Shown one piece after another: positions 27,106 to 40,750 of a stretch of 64,000 nucleotides of DNA; positions within the stretch are counted from its first letter, which is position 1, and the number at the start of each line of letters is the position of its first letter. The stretch spans positions 46,004,001 through 46,068,000 of the forward strand of contig OX597835.1 in NCBI GenBank assembly GCA_951406725.2, given 5' to 3'. The translations under genes were made by a program, and so were the position numbers. This DNA comes from Octopus vulgaris (Eukaryota). The notes under the pieces were generated by a model that was given only the letters and a program-made list of their open reading frames with translations, did not search any database and was not told the DNA's origin.

Positions 27106-27459
27106 GTGCTGAAGAATTTTCTTCTCACTTATCACCACCATCTTCATCGCAAAACAAACATAAAATATAAATGCTCAATGAAAATGGAGATGAATTATTT
27201 CTTTCTATGAGGATTTGTGTGTTATGTGTTTGTATATCTGCGTGCTCATGTAAGTATAAGTGTGTCTGTGTGAGCGCTTCTGTGTGTGCATGTGTGTGTG
27301 TGTATATATGTATGTGTGTGAGTGTGTATGTGTGTGTTTGGTGCATGTAACGAGTACGAGTGTTTCTTACGCGTATCATATGAACAAGGAATATATTTGA
27401 TCGTAAAAGGCAAGAACAAAAGAGAGTTGCACCAAAATTGCGAACAAAGTAAATATTAA

Positions 27460-27682
27460 TTTCAAGTTTTGGTACAAAGCCAGCAATTTCCGGAGAAGAG
27501 ATAAATAGATTACATCAGACTCAGTACCTTCAAATGGTACTTATTTTATGGAAGAAAAAAAACAATAAAAGGATGAAAGGTCAAGTCGACCTCGGTGGAA
27601 GTTCAACTCAGAACGTAAAGACGGACAAAATACCGCTAATTAGTTTGAACGACGTGCTAACCATTTTCTTAACTCCCTGCCT
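27460..27682 (-). mobile_element. SINE family A degenerate copy
   Basis: aaggatgaaaggtcaagtcgacctcggtggaagttcaactcagaacgtaaag. Confidence 0.75.
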
Positions 27683-28384
27683 TGAAAAAGGTAAATATTG
27701 ATGGAGGACTTGCGATTTATCAGGCGGAAGTCTGTGGTTCCTCGAACTGTGAATGAATATATGTAAAAATGTTTGCAGGGAAACGTACACCCATTCAATG
27801 TAATCCAATTCAACTTGAGCATCACTTCAAATGTTTTTGGAAGATACTGCAAATGATACGGAAATCAATCGTTAATTTCTTATTCACTTATCAGAAGCAA
27901 CGGATGGCGGCCAGGCTGGAGCATTCGGTAGTAAGTCCAGTCGATCGAGTCCAACCCAAATACGTATATTTTGCCAAGAGGCTAAGTTATATGGACGCAA
28001 ACAAACTGACACCATTTGTCAAGCGTTCTGAACACATACACAGAAACAGACAGACGAAAAGATAGATATATACATACACACATACATACATGCATACGTA
28101 AGTAGGTACGTACATAGATACATACATACATAAATACATACATACATACATACATACATACATACATACATACATACATACATACATACATACATACATA
28201 CATACATACATAGAGAGCTCGATGATTAACTCATCAAAAAATTAATGTAAATATCTATCAGGTAATTGATTACTTATTTAATTAGTTGATTTATAGTAAT
28301 GATAATTAAAAGCAAAACAGAACTACTGATTGAAAATACGGCACTCCCATGATATATACTTATACATACATGCATACATATATA

Positions 28385-28416
<32 letters not shown>

Positions 28417-28560
28417 AAAAACATACGCACACATAAATATGTATGTATAGTATGTATATATGTATGTGCGTACAGGCACATTAGTATGTGTATATATATA
28501 TATATACACATATGTGTGTGTGTATGTGTGTGTATAAATCTCTTCATATATTAAGAGATC

Positions 28561-28598
<38 letters not shown>

Positions 28599-29244
28599 AT
28601 GAATGTATGTATGTTTATGCATACATACACATAAGTATGTGTAAAAGTATATATACGCATATATATGTTTGTGTGTGTATAAATATCTTCAGATATAGAG
28701 AAAGAGATCGTGAGCACGAGGGATAGAGTCAGAATATTAGAGAGAGAAAGAGGTGTCTGTGGCACTCAGGAGATGAAAATATATTTAAGTGTGAGGGAGA
28801 GATAAAGAGTAGGGTAACAAATGAATCGTTAAATATTTATTAATTTTTTTGTCTGTCCTTCATATGAAGATGAAAAATGAAATACCTCATTCCAATGCTT
28901 TTAATAACAATCAAATACGTAAATGGAAATAGTTTGTTATGGAAAGGTGCACTAGCAACGTGTGTCAGCTTCAGCTATGAAGAGTGTCTGATCATATGAA
29001 ACTTGATTTAACACCTGTGTAGAGCAATTAGTATTGCTTCATTTATATATATATATATATATATATAAATATAAATTTGCCCTCTTTATCGTCAGTTATG
29101 GAACTTACAGGTAAAATTGAACCACTCTTTTGGAATTCATCCTTGAAGGATATTCCTATAACATCTAGAAAAGAATATAATGTAATTTTCTAGATGGTGT
29201 AATTAAATTGTTCATTTTGAATTGATAAAAGGTGGGTTTTTTTC

Positions 29245-29295
<51 letters not shown>

Positions 29296-29309
29296 ATGTA
29301 TGTATACAG

Positions 29310-29428
29310 GTTGCGATTCTTTCATTATCTGTGTACCAAATCTACTCAAACGGCTTTGATCGGCTCGCTTGCAACGTTATAGTGGCACGCAGTGGTTTTG
29401 ACGGAAACTTATTACCACGCGGCTACAT
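29310..29428 (-). mobile_element. SINE family B, highly degenerate partial copy
   Basis: taccaaatctactca..ggctttgatcggctc..cacgcagtgg..ttaccacgcggctac. Confidence 0.5.
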
Positions 29429-29551
29429 CTGCAGGTATACATACGTATAAACATACGTACAGACAGACTGACAGGCGATCAGACAGACAGCTAAATAAAT
29501 GGATAGATAGATAGTATATATATATATATATATATATAGATAGATAGATAC

Positions 29552-29607
<56 letters not shown>

Positions 29608-29640
29608 GTAGATAGACATAAATATATATATATATATATA

Positions 29641-29696
<56 letters not shown>

Positions 29697-29700
<4 letters not shown>

Positions 29701-29892
29701 TCGGTTTTTTGTTTTTTGAGAAGCAAACGCCGGAATTATATGCCCTTGTGATCCTTTGACGATGTTAATTTTTAGACAAGCAGGCCACAGACGAACACAG
29801 AAAAATTTTTTCAGCTGCGTGGCAGGCCTTTTTCAGCAGTGCTCATTATCTGGCGCCCCTCGCCAACACACGGGGGCGCACACATAGGCTAG
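29697..29892 (+). mobile_element. Helitron-like 3' terminus
   Basis: GC hairpin gcgcccc(29853)..ggggcgc(29879) about 10 nt before CTAG|T (29889-29893). The 5' boundary is uncertain. Confidence 0.5.
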
Positions 29893-30333
29893 TATACACA
29901 TACATGTTTTTAGGTAGGTTTTGTCTCGGCCCTAAGAAATACACCTTGTATTCTTTAAATATTCAGAACATTAGTTTTGGTCACACAGAACATCTCCTCA
30001 CCCCTTGTTCTCATTTATTCCTCACCTACTAGATTTGACTGCGGCCTGACCTGTAAGTATTCCAACGGACCCCACCAACCCCCCGATTTCAACGTACATT
30101 GATAAACAGTTTATCCATGGGCTCTTAAGGAGCGTCCTCGTTCGAATTGCTTTGCTGCGCCTCTGTTTTGTTTTGTTCTGACAACGTAATTCCTGGTTTT
30201 TCCTGAAGAGAAAGCTGCAATAAGGTATCCTTATTTAATCAGAATTTGGAAAATTGTGGCCTTTGAAACATGTGTAGAATGTAATAAAAGGAATTCTGTA
30301 CAATCTTCGTTCAACTCCATTTCTTCCATTCAC

Positions 30334-30393
<60 letters not shown>

Positions 30394-30404
30394 TATATAA
30401 ATAT

Positions 30405-30466
<62 letters not shown>

Positions 30467-30560
30467 ATATTATATGTTGTAAACAAGATTTTGGTCAGTT
30501 GGCATCTGAATCAGACGACCTCATGTTCCTAAGATTCATATCTACATCTTTATCTGTATA

Positions 30561-31197
30561 CTAGCAGTATCGCCCGGCGTTGCTCGGGTTTGTAAGGGAA
30601 ATAACTATATAAGCATTTTTAGAGAGTTATAGCCAAAAAATAGCAAAAAATGCATTAAAAATGGAAAAAATATGATGGTAAATTTTTTTTTAAATCGTTG
30701 ACTCATCGTAGACATTTTTAGAGAGTTACTTCCCTTATATAATAGCGAAAAAATGCATTAAAATGGAAAAAAAATGATGGTAATTTTTTTTTTAAATCGT
30801 AGACTCATGTAGACGCTTTCTTGGCCATTTCTGTTTTGGTGTCTTCAAGCCATGAAGTCGTTGTTGTAAAAGAACACTGGTCTCCTTGACAACGCATTAC
30901 AACGTTGATTTCCTTACACTCCCTTCCCCACAGGTGCAGGTGTGAGCGTGGACGCCAACTCCGCCGCCATCGACACACGAAAAATTATGCATTAAAATGG
31001 AATAAAAAATGATGTTAAATTATTTTTAAAATCGTAGACTCATCGTAGACGCGCGCTAATATTCAGACGGGCTCGATATGAATCATGACTATAAGCTACC
31101 CGAATTTGGTTAAACTGCACCGCAAAATGTGGGAGTAGTTAGGAATCTAAATCGAAGGGGACAGACACTCACACAACTACAGTTTTATATATATAGA
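30561..31197 (-). mobile_element. Non-autonomous Helitron, complete termini
   Basis: Minus strand begins A|TCTATATATATAAAA and ends with hairpin cccgagcaacgccggg plus CTAG|T (A/T insertion, no TSD). Internal ~100-bp segments are repeated (atgcattaaaa..tgatggtaa..aaatcgtagactcat). Confidence 0.85.
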
Positions 31198-31204
31198 TAT
31201 ACAT

Positions 31205-31600
31205 AGCGCAGTAGTGGTGAGATGTGACAGCAAAGAAAAGCATACATTCACTCTCTGCATGCAATTAGACTCGGAAAGTTCGTGAGGAACCCATTGACCC
31301 AATTTGCTGACTTTTCCGATAGCACACAGGTCTCAATGAATGGTTGAATGACCAAATCCAAGCTTCTCTGCTAGTTCCTCAACAGTTACGATGAGATTTT
31401 GTTCCACCAGGGTTTTCAGGATGTCCTTGTCGAGTTCTACAGATCTTTCAGGATGAGGCTCATCTTCTAGGCTGTAGTTTATGGCTCGGGATTTCTGGAA
31501 CCACCATTGACACTGCGTTACGCTTATTGTCCAATCCCCATATACTGCATTAATATTTCTTGTACTTTGCACACATTTATATTCTGTTATTCTTTTATGT
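31205..31600 (-). pseudogene. Mariner (Mos1/SETMAR-like) transposase N-terminal fragment
   Basis: ORF 31333-31623 RNINAVYG..QCQWWFQK..SLEDEPH..LVEQN..TVEELAEKLG..HSTIH*, continuing IGKVSKLGQWVPHELSE (the mariner WVPHEL motif). No catalytic domain. Confidence 0.85.
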
Positions 31601-31962
31601 TTCAGCCTTGAGTTTGTGGCCATGCTGGATCATGTGTGTGTGTGTGTGTGTGTGTGTCTATCTGTCTGTCTGTCTGTATGTATATATGTATATGTATGTG
31701 TGTGAACAATAATATTTTCAACAGATGTGTTGCAAATGTATCTAATTGTTCTCAAGCTTCAATACTGTGTGTGTGTGTATGTGTGTGTGTATGTATGTAT
31801 ATGTATATGTATGTATGTATGTATATGTATGTATGTATGTGTGTATGTATGTATGTGTGTGTGTATGTATGTGTGTGTGTATGTGTGTGTGTATGTATGT
31901 ATGTATGTATGTATGTATGTATGTATGTATGTATGTATGTATGAGTGTATGTTTACTTTATT

Positions 31963-32427
31963 ACTAACACAAGCCACTACGGTTATTTAATGTAAAGTCT
32001 TCCTCAAATCACTCTCTCTCTCGCTATTTACTCTCTTCCAAGAACATTTTCACTCACTCTTAGCTCTTAGCTTCCCATACATTTTACTCATGTATCTATC
32101 AGCGTCATAGACAGAATACTTTCAGTTTAGTCTTCCTCAAATCACTCTGTCGCTATTTACTTTCATTTTATTCGTTGCCCACTGTGTGTGTGCGTTTGCG
32201 TGTGGTGTAAACCAGACTAAGAAAAGCATTTGACACACACACCAGAATGTGAGTTTTCTGTAAATTTTGCTTAATTGGAGCTTAAATTTTAAAAACTGGA
32301 CCTGGCATGACGCGATGCATTGTACTCTTAAAAATGCTAGGTAAATTGTAATTGAAGAAATCCTATATTGTAGATTTGTATAACTCCCAAAGGGAGGCAG
32401 ATAAAATCTGCCTTTTATAATAAGAGA
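31963..32427 (-). mobile_element. Second Helitron-like non-autonomous element (5' terminus clear)
   Basis: Minus strand starts A|TCTCTTATTATAAAAGGCAGATTTTATCTGCC. Internal direct repeat gtcttcctcaaatcactct..tcgctatttac. The 3' end is uncertain. Confidence 0.45.
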
Positions 32428-33318
32428 TTTACCTTCCCTAAGATGTTATTAATTGATTTGAAAACTTTATATTATTGGAAAACCTATATAAAATTAGCTG
32501 AAGATTACTTGACATATTATATCTGCTGTAATATTTACAGCTTTTAATAAAATGTTGTAGTATGAAACAATTGTACTAAATTACCGGATTCATTCTTGTT
32601 GCTTATATATATATATATATATACACACACCCAAATATATACATACATGTACATATATATACCTAAATATGGCTGGTGTACAGCGAGCGACCTGGCGTAT
32701 GTCACTGAAGAATTCCAGGGCACTGAACTCTCGTGATATAAGTATTTCGGCCCCCATGTCAGAAAGTTCTCGTGTGCTAACAATATATGCGTATCCTTAG
32801 CATCATGCTAAGGACACGCATATAAGTAACCGTATGTTAACGTTGTTTCTTATTTAAGCCCATGCATACAAACACTGAAAAACTTAAGCTTGGTGAGAAC
32901 ATCTTATAATCAACATGTATACGAATAGGATGGTGTTCGTTTCAGTGTTTGTTTGAGGGTTCGTTTACCGTTCATGTTCAAAGAATTAATCCCGCTCATA
33001 TATTTGTCCATAAAATAACTATATAGGATAATTGCTATTTAATTCAGGCAATAGCGAAAGCTTAACAAATGGTGTTAGCGCAATTCGTGTATTAGACCTA
33101 AACGAATAACTAGTTAATGTTTATAGGCAAGCCAACTTACGTATTACACGTGAGTACATTTGAGGTTCGAAACTGTGGCCAGATAGGTCATATGAGGACA
33201 TTCACCGTTAATTTTCATTGTTTGAGAAGGAGTATCGCAATGGAAATACACACGTGAGCCACCACGGTCTCAGGCAAACACGCAAAAATATACACATATA
33301 TAGATCTACTACAACACT

Positions 33319-33384
<66 letters not shown>

Positions 33385-33862
33385 CATATATTGATACTTT
33401 ATTGTAAACCTGATTGTGGTGCAAGGTCCTTGAAATCTCAGCAGCTTTTAGTGATAAATCAATTAAAAGCATTTTGCTAGAATTATTCTTCCCTTTACAT
33501 AATTTCACAAACTCTGAAACTTAAAATCAAGGATGTTTTGCGATTCTCTCTATTTTCTATATCCTTTGTTCCCCTCTATTCACTGAATTCCTGTGCTCTT
33601 ACTTCCAACTTTAGTTCAACTAATTTGCCTCTCAGCTATTTTCGCTTTTGAAAGCAATGTGATCTTGCTTCCGTTTTTTTTTCCATTCTTGATTTTACTC
33701 CCTTTGATAATTTGTTATTCCATATATATATATATGCATAAATCTTATTATGTATGTACATACGTATGCATTTATATATGTATGTATGTATGTAACTATG
33801 TATGAATGAATACATTTACGTATGTGTATGTGTGCATGTATGCCTATATGTTTCTCTCTCTC

Positions 33863-33915
<53 letters not shown>

Positions 33916-34379
33916 CTGCATTTCGCAATGTAAGTATATACACATACATTCATAGTTATGTATGTGCATGTATATAAACACACACACACACACACACATA
34001 TATACATATATATATACATATATATATATATAAACACACACATAAATATATATACATATATATATATACGCATATATGGGCATAAATGTAGTCTAGGTAT
34101 TCATATTTGTATGTGTGTGTTTGTGCATGAATCGTAGTATATATGTACATACGTATGTATTTATGTGAGTGTGTATATACACATGTATGCATCTATGTAA
34201 TAATGTATTTACGTAAGTGTATCTGTGTATGTGTGTATGTGTGCCTATATGTTTCTATATATGTGTGTGTGTGTCTGCAGGTAGATAAATATATAGATAG
34301 ATAAATATACACACATACAGAAACACACACACACACATGTAGATAAATATACATACAGACAGATATATATATATATATA

Positions 34380-34380
34380 T

Positions 34381-34468
<88 letters not shown>

Positions 34469-34543
34469 ATAGAGAGAGAGAGAGAGAGAAAGAGAGATAA
34501 ATAGATAAATAGATAGATAGATAGACAGACAGATAAATAGTTC

Positions 34544-34614
<71 letters not shown>
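34380..34614. repeat. (GATA)n/(GA)n microsatellite
   Basis: Direct repeats. Confidence 0.95.
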
Positions 34615-34659
34615 GTTTAAATATTTTACGCCCATATATACATGCTCAAACCTACACAA

Positions 34660-34960
34660 ATAACTGCGTCCGTCCATGCCTATCACCTCTTCGTTCTCTT
34701 GCGCGACTTGCAAACAGGAAAGCCAAAATAATGATATACTACGTCCTTTCAACCTAACGATCCATCACTTCCGGTCAAAATCTTATCGTTCTGTTCAGCT
34801 CCGATACCGATTATTTTCCTCGCTCTCAAAGATGCGCTGGCTTTACACAAGATTAACACATTCTTATATATTATGTGTATTGTGAATTTCGATAATATTT
34901 TTGCTCTGGCGATCGCCGTTGTAACTGTTGCGGAGCGTCAGACCGACCGCTTTGAAATAA
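34660..34960. promoter_or_regulatory. CpG-enriched unique island, possible promoter or enhancer
   Basis: Repeat-free with many CpGs, and an ETS-type ACTTCCGG at about 34767. Confidence 0.25.
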
Positions 34961-35194
34961 TTTCTTTTGCTCTATCGATAGGTTTACTGTCCTATATGTA
35001 ATTTTATATCAACAAGGCAACAGTGATTTGATTTTGTGAGTGATTTGGCGACTTAGCAGCTATTTCATATAAGTTCCGTAAAACACACCCGCTTTATAAT
35101 ATACTTCATTACACTCAATCTATATAATATTAATTGCGCGTGCGTGCATGTAGGTATGAGTATGTATGTATGTATATATATATATATATATATG

Positions 35195-35340
35195 AATTAA
35201 TCAAGATTAATCAAGATTAATCAGCCGGAATTGCGAGGATGATCCGGTTCTTGACTGAGGATTAGAGGCTTCGAATGACCCGTCCATATTTTGTATCGTC
35301 TATTTGAATGTTTAGCGTTCTTGTCCCATTTTGTATTTTT
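35195..35340 (+). mobile_element. (TA)n-nested short repeat, homologous to 59582-59800 (minus)
   Basis: aagattaatcagccggaattgcgagg..gactgaggattagagg..cttgtcccattttgta is shared with the reverse complement of 59582-59705. Confidence 0.7.
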
Positions 35341-35354
35341 ATATATATATTTTT

Positions 35355-35441
<87 letters not shown>

Positions 35442-35572
35442 TACGATATGAAATTTTATTTTATGCTAATGCACTCTGGAGTTTTGGAATTTTTTATACT
35501 TATTATTTACAAATTTTATATCACTGTTTAAAATTCAAAACCTAAAAATTTGAAATGCTTTTATAACTACGA

Positions 35573-35654
35573 ATGTCTGATAAAGGAAACGTGATTACCG
35601 AAGGTGAAAAGATGTATCTACCGCTTCGCACATTCCCTGAAACGGCCGTAAGAT
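35573..35654 (+). ncRNA. Degenerate hammerhead motif with extended stem II
   Basis: atgt-CTGATAA-aggaaacgtg...cacattccct-GAAA-CGGCCG-TA-agat, with palindromic stem III ACGGCCGT. Confidence 0.5.
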
Positions 35655-35913
35655 GTTTTCCGTTTAATTTCATTTATTCGAGGACTTTCTTTTAAATCAG
35701 TCTCATTCTATCCGCTCGTGATTTTTAAAATTTAATTGTATATCTGTATGTGTGTATGCACGCTGTCATCCAAACTTTATTTCAAATGGGATTGTATGAA
35801 GAAATATATATGTCACAATAAATATATATGTATATATATAGTTCAATTCCGGTTTGAATGTGTTGGTTTTGACCAGGAGTAACTTCTTACCTGAATCTGT
35901 TCTCCTTCATTGA

Positions 35914-35949
<36 letters not shown>

Positions 35950-36157
35950 CGGGAAGGTTTACGAAAATAAACAAAAGACGAAGGCCGGTGGAGTACAAAC
36001 AAACAAATGTATTAGTATGGCGCTCAGGAATAGAAATAGAACAAGTCTTTTACGTTTCGACCCTACGGTCTTCGACAGAAAGATACACAGAAAAAAAACA
36101 AGGAGAGAAACAAGGAGAGAAAAATGCGTGTAGGAGCTAACGATCTATCATGGCGAT
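35950..36157 (-). mobile_element. (TA)n-nested Penelope-like cassette with hammerhead motif at 36046-36083
   Basis: tcttt-CTGTCGA-a-gacc(gtag)ggtc-GAAA-CG-TA-aaaga. Sister copy at 40557-40750. Confidence 0.7.
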
Positions 36158-36347
36158 ATATATATATATATATATATATTTATTTATTTATGATGGATTA
36201 CATTGTCGTGAACGAGAAATGAGGGTTCAACTAGATAAAGCGTTAATCATGTTCTATGCACATGGATGTGTTTGTTCAGGCCTGCTGGTACCTTGCAGAC
36301 CTTTTGCAAATGGAACAAGTTGAGGACTTAGTTTGCGTGAGTGCTTG

Positions 36348-36389
<42 letters not shown>

Positions 36390-36497
36390 TCAGTAACAAT
36401 AAAGGGTGAAATTAATTAATTTGGAATAATTATTAATTACACCAAGTAGATTTCGGCATGTAAAAGCCTCATTCGAGGAAAATTTAAGTAATACTAA

Positions 36498-36637
36498 GCA
36501 ATTAAGAGTTTAGCAACGAATTGCCTCACCACTTTTACTGAGATCTCCCTTTTAGTAGAAGGAATAGCTATAACTCTTTGACTGCTATTTCTAAATTCGG
36601 TGTGTGGTGAGGCAATTCGTTGCTAAACCCTTAATTG

Positions 36638-36638
<1 letters not shown>
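36498..36638. repeat. 35-bp inverted repeat (36498-36532 / 36604-36638) in a TA-nested cassette
   Basis: gcaattaagagtttagcaacgaattgcctcaccac versus its reverse complement, one mismatch. Confidence 0.8.
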
Positions 36639-36724
<86 letters not shown>

Positions 36725-36829
36725 TGTATGTACGTATGTATGCAGGTATGTGTACAAAGAAGACAAAAACGACTTAAATACATCTTCAGTGATCAATTAC
36801 AATAGTTGCTTTGCCGAGCCTGATTTCAT

Positions 36830-37130
36830 TTACTGTGGGTTTTCTTGAGTGGATGCAAAGGTTTGCTTTGTATAGTGCCACAAAACCACAGTGACAGGTA
36901 AGGTTCCCATTCAGAAGGGCAGGGTTTTCCCAGCGTGTTTTCATGCTTGCATAAACTTGGTCTCGATGTTGCAGTCAACTTTACTCAGATCTTTGAACTG
37001 AGGAGAATTAAGACTGGCTCCAAGTCCTGCGTTCTGATGCTTTGTTTTCCCGGGAAGGAAACGGAATAGTGAATCTCTTCAGATTATCTTTTAATTTGTC
37101 TTTGAAGTAATATCATCGCCAAGCAGCGTT
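36830..37130 (-). mobile_element. RTE-clade LINE 3' fragment
   Basis: Minus translation FKDKLKDNLKRFTIPFPSRENKASERRTWS...GNLTCHCGFVALYKANLCIHSRK matches the RTE C-terminus pattern (FKDxLK, A.DR..W, terminal C2H2-like motif). Confidence 0.65.
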
Positions 37131-37532
37131 TAGGCATATCGGAACTTTAGATTACTTTGAACGTGTTTGTGACATTCGACCTGCTAAAGGCAAATTCATT
37201 GCAATTACCGTTACCATGGAGATTTACATTCTTTCAAATGGTAAACAGAAGGATGTAAAATCATCATATCTTTCCAGTACCGCCACCCATCAGATTCCCA
37301 GACATCGAGCGTTCTAGCTTCCTAAGCGTCATCAATGGAAAATACTGAAGAGATAAGTTTGTGAAGAAGCTATAAGCAATGATGTCTCTGAATCTGCCAG
37401 GTGGCAGCACTGGACAGATGCTTCTTTTTTTTTTTACACCTTCGCTATCTTAAGAGAATTTTTTCGCCACGTTAATTGTAGTGAATTGGCTTTTAAAAGT
37501 TCGTATGTGACACAGACATATTTTAACTATAT

Positions 37533-37651
<119 letters not shown>

Positions 37652-38114
37652 TGTATGTATGTATGTATGTATGTACTTATGTATGCAGGTATGTGTGCAA
37701 AGAAGACAAGAACGACTTAAATACACCTTCAGTGATCAATTATCGTAGTTGCTTTGCCGAGTCTGATTTCAACCAAATCTTACGCAAAAGTACAAAGAAA
37801 AAAATTGTCGTAATAGTTGCGGTTTTTAAACAAAAGATTGACACATCTCCAGACCTGCATCAAAGGTTCACTCTTGCATTGTGCGACTGCCAGACTGAGC
37901 TATTATCATTTTTTTTTTTCGTTTTTTTTTTGCTTATATAGGGAGGAAACAGAAAATAAATAAACAAATAACATGAATGAGTGAAGAAGAAAGAGATGCA
38001 AAAGAAGAAAAAGAGGACAAGAACATATTGATATCCAAGAAAAAGGAGAAAGGAAGAAGATATATAGGTAGATACGTATATACATACGTAGATTTCTGCA
38101 AGTGTTTATTCATA

Positions 38115-38165
<51 letters not shown>

Positions 38166-38170
38166 GTGTA

Positions 38171-38232
<62 letters not shown>

Positions 38233-38233
38233 C

Positions 38234-38276
<43 letters not shown>

Positions 38277-38277
<1 letters not shown>

Positions 38278-38512
38278 TTTTTTTTTTTTTTTTTTTTTGT
38301 ACTTGTTTCAGTCATTTGACTGCGGCCATGCTGGAGCACCGCCTTTAGAGTGGTGAAAGAGTACAGCAGGGATCACCACATCCCGCCGGAGCCTCGTGGA
38401 GCTTTTTTAGGTGTTTTTTTCGCTCAATAAACACACACAACGCCCGGTCTGGGAATCGAAACCGCGATCCTCCGACCGCAAGTCCGCTGCCCTAACCACT
38501 AGGCCATTGCCT
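38277..38512 (-). mobile_element. Chimeric SINE: family C head joined to family B tail plus poly(A)
   Basis: 38348-38512 matches family C, 38299-38348 matches the family B 3' end, and 38277-38298 is poly(T) on the plus strand. Confidence 0.7.
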
Positions 38513-38637
<125 letters not shown>

Positions 38638-39130
38638 AGTGTCTGCTGGAGGCTAAGCACTAAAAGACCAGTTGGTTATGAATGAAGTGCATTTGATTAT
38701 GTGTTTCCATCTTCGGCATGAATGCCACCTTCTACCACCACCACCACCACCACCCACCATCACCACCACCACCAGAGCCATCATCATCATCATCATCATC
38801 ATTGTTGCCAACATCGAATATCAATGATTGGTAACGTAATCTAGGCATGGCAAATTCTTACTCTTTTTCATTTCTCCTATGCTTCTTCTGTCTCCTCCTC
38901 GCAGCCGCCTCCTCATCCCACCTCCCGTTCCTCCTCCCCCTCCTCCTCCTCCACCTCTCTTCTTCATCCTCTTAATTATCCCTTTTACCACCATGACCAC
39001 TGCCATGATCATAGACATCATCGTAAAACATCTCCTCCACCTCCTTCTACTCATCATCTTCATCCTGCTCCCACTCCTACTCCTCATTATCATCATCGTC
39101 AGCAGCAGCTGTAGCATTTTCATCGCCATC

Positions 39131-39235
<105 letters not shown>

Positions 39236-39393
39236 GCCGTCATCATCGTCATCTCGCAGTCGTCGTCGTCGTCATCGTCGTCATCATCATCATCATCGAC
39301 ATCATAACCGTCATCATGTTTATTATCACCACAAAAAAGCAAGAACCCCTGCTCCACCCTCAACATCGAGATCAGTCAACAATACCAACAGCT

Positions 39394-39426
<33 letters not shown>

Positions 39427-39647
39427 TCATCATCAACAGCAGCAGCAGCAGCAGCAGCAACAGTAGCTACAATAGCATCATCACCGCCCCACACCAACCA
39501 TCACCTTCCTCATGAATACGACAATGCGAAAGATGAGGACGACTGCGACATGGGCGAAAAGGTGAGTTAAGGCTATAGAGAGTCAAACGGAAACGCTGTA
39601 TTATTCCATTTACCAAAAATCCAGAAACACGATTGAGCTTTGAAATG

Positions 39648-39827
39648 TTATTCACCCGGCGGGATCCGATGTTCCATTGTCTTCTGTTTTGTGATGCTGT
39701 CAGGTAGCGTATATCTGACATGCTTCTCTCCCCTTGCCTCGCTTCCGTTCATCTCCCGCCGTGTTATTATCTTCCTATTCCCTCCAAATTTTTTCTGCTG
39801 TCTCTCGGCAAGCTTAATACCAGCCAT
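39648..39827 (-). CDS. Candidate short ORF or first coding exon (59 aa), unknown product
   Basis: AAAATGG start with an in-frame upstream stop. Non-repetitive MAGIKLAERQQKKFGGNRKIITRREMNGSEARGEKHVRYTLPDSITKQKTMEHRIPPGE*. Possible weak donor G|GTGAAT. No homology recognised. Confidence 0.2.
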   Translation of the reverse strand: MAGIKLAERQQKKFGGNRKIITRREMNGSEARGEKHVRYTLPDSITKQKTMEHRIPPGE

Positions 39828-40556
39828 TTTGGTGTAAAGAGTTCAGTGATGTATATAGGTATTCTACGCATATATTACTGTTCGCGAGTGCAGGCGCCCG
39901 TGTGTGTGTGTGAGTAAATGTTTGAATTTGTGAATGTGTGTATGTATCAGGTGAGTTATGCGTATGTGTTTCTCTGTTTGTTATAAAATACTGCAATATC
40001 TCAATGTGAATTCGTGTGTCTGTAAGATAAAGCGAGAGAGGAGGCGTTAACGCGAGAGTGAGCTATATGAGAAAGAGGTGATGCACACAGGGTGTAATAT
40101 ATGCGTCTATGTGTATGTAAGTGCAGATAGAACTTATGTGTGCGAGCTTTCTGCGCGCGCGTGTGGTTACATTTCTGTATAAGTATGTGTTTGTGGATGA
40201 AAGATCCCATAGGCATATGTGTCTATGTATATACAAACATGCATGCACGCACATCTATCTCTTTCTCTCTTTATCTCTCTAACTATATACCTATCTATCC
40301 ATGAACCCACAAGAGTAAACAAGAGAGATAGAGGCAGGCATAAACAAGGCAAATGTCCCTTGTATGCAAATATACTATGCAAATATATTTTTAAAACACT
40401 TTTCATTTATTTTTTCCAAAATATAATTGTTTTCCATACTTACAGTTGAGAAGGTCTTAATGACTGAAACCGGTACTAAAATGTTTTTTTTTATGATAAA
40501 ATTATTTTAGCGTTCTCTACCTTGACATTTTTCATTTTATATATATATATATATCT

Positions 40557-40750
40557 TGAAAGTTTACGATAAAAATAAAAGATGAAGACAGGTGGTGTAC
40601 AAAACAAACATATGTATTAGTATAACGCTCAGGAGTAGAAAAAAGTATTTTACGTTTCGACCCTACGCTCTCCTACTGAAAGGTACACAGAAAAAAGCAT
40701 GGAGAGAAACAAGGAGAGAAAAAATGTGTAGTGGCTAACGATCTATCATG
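40557..40750 (-). mobile_element. Diverged copy of the 35950-36157 cassette
   Basis: Collinear similarity (tgtattagta..cgctcagga..tttacgtttcgaccctacg..ggagagaaacaaggagagaaaaa..ctaacgatctatcatg). Confidence 0.8.

Noticed and set aside
31333-31623. SETMAR host gene
   Set aside because: Only a mariner N-terminal fragment with a stop. No SET domain and no catalytic domain.
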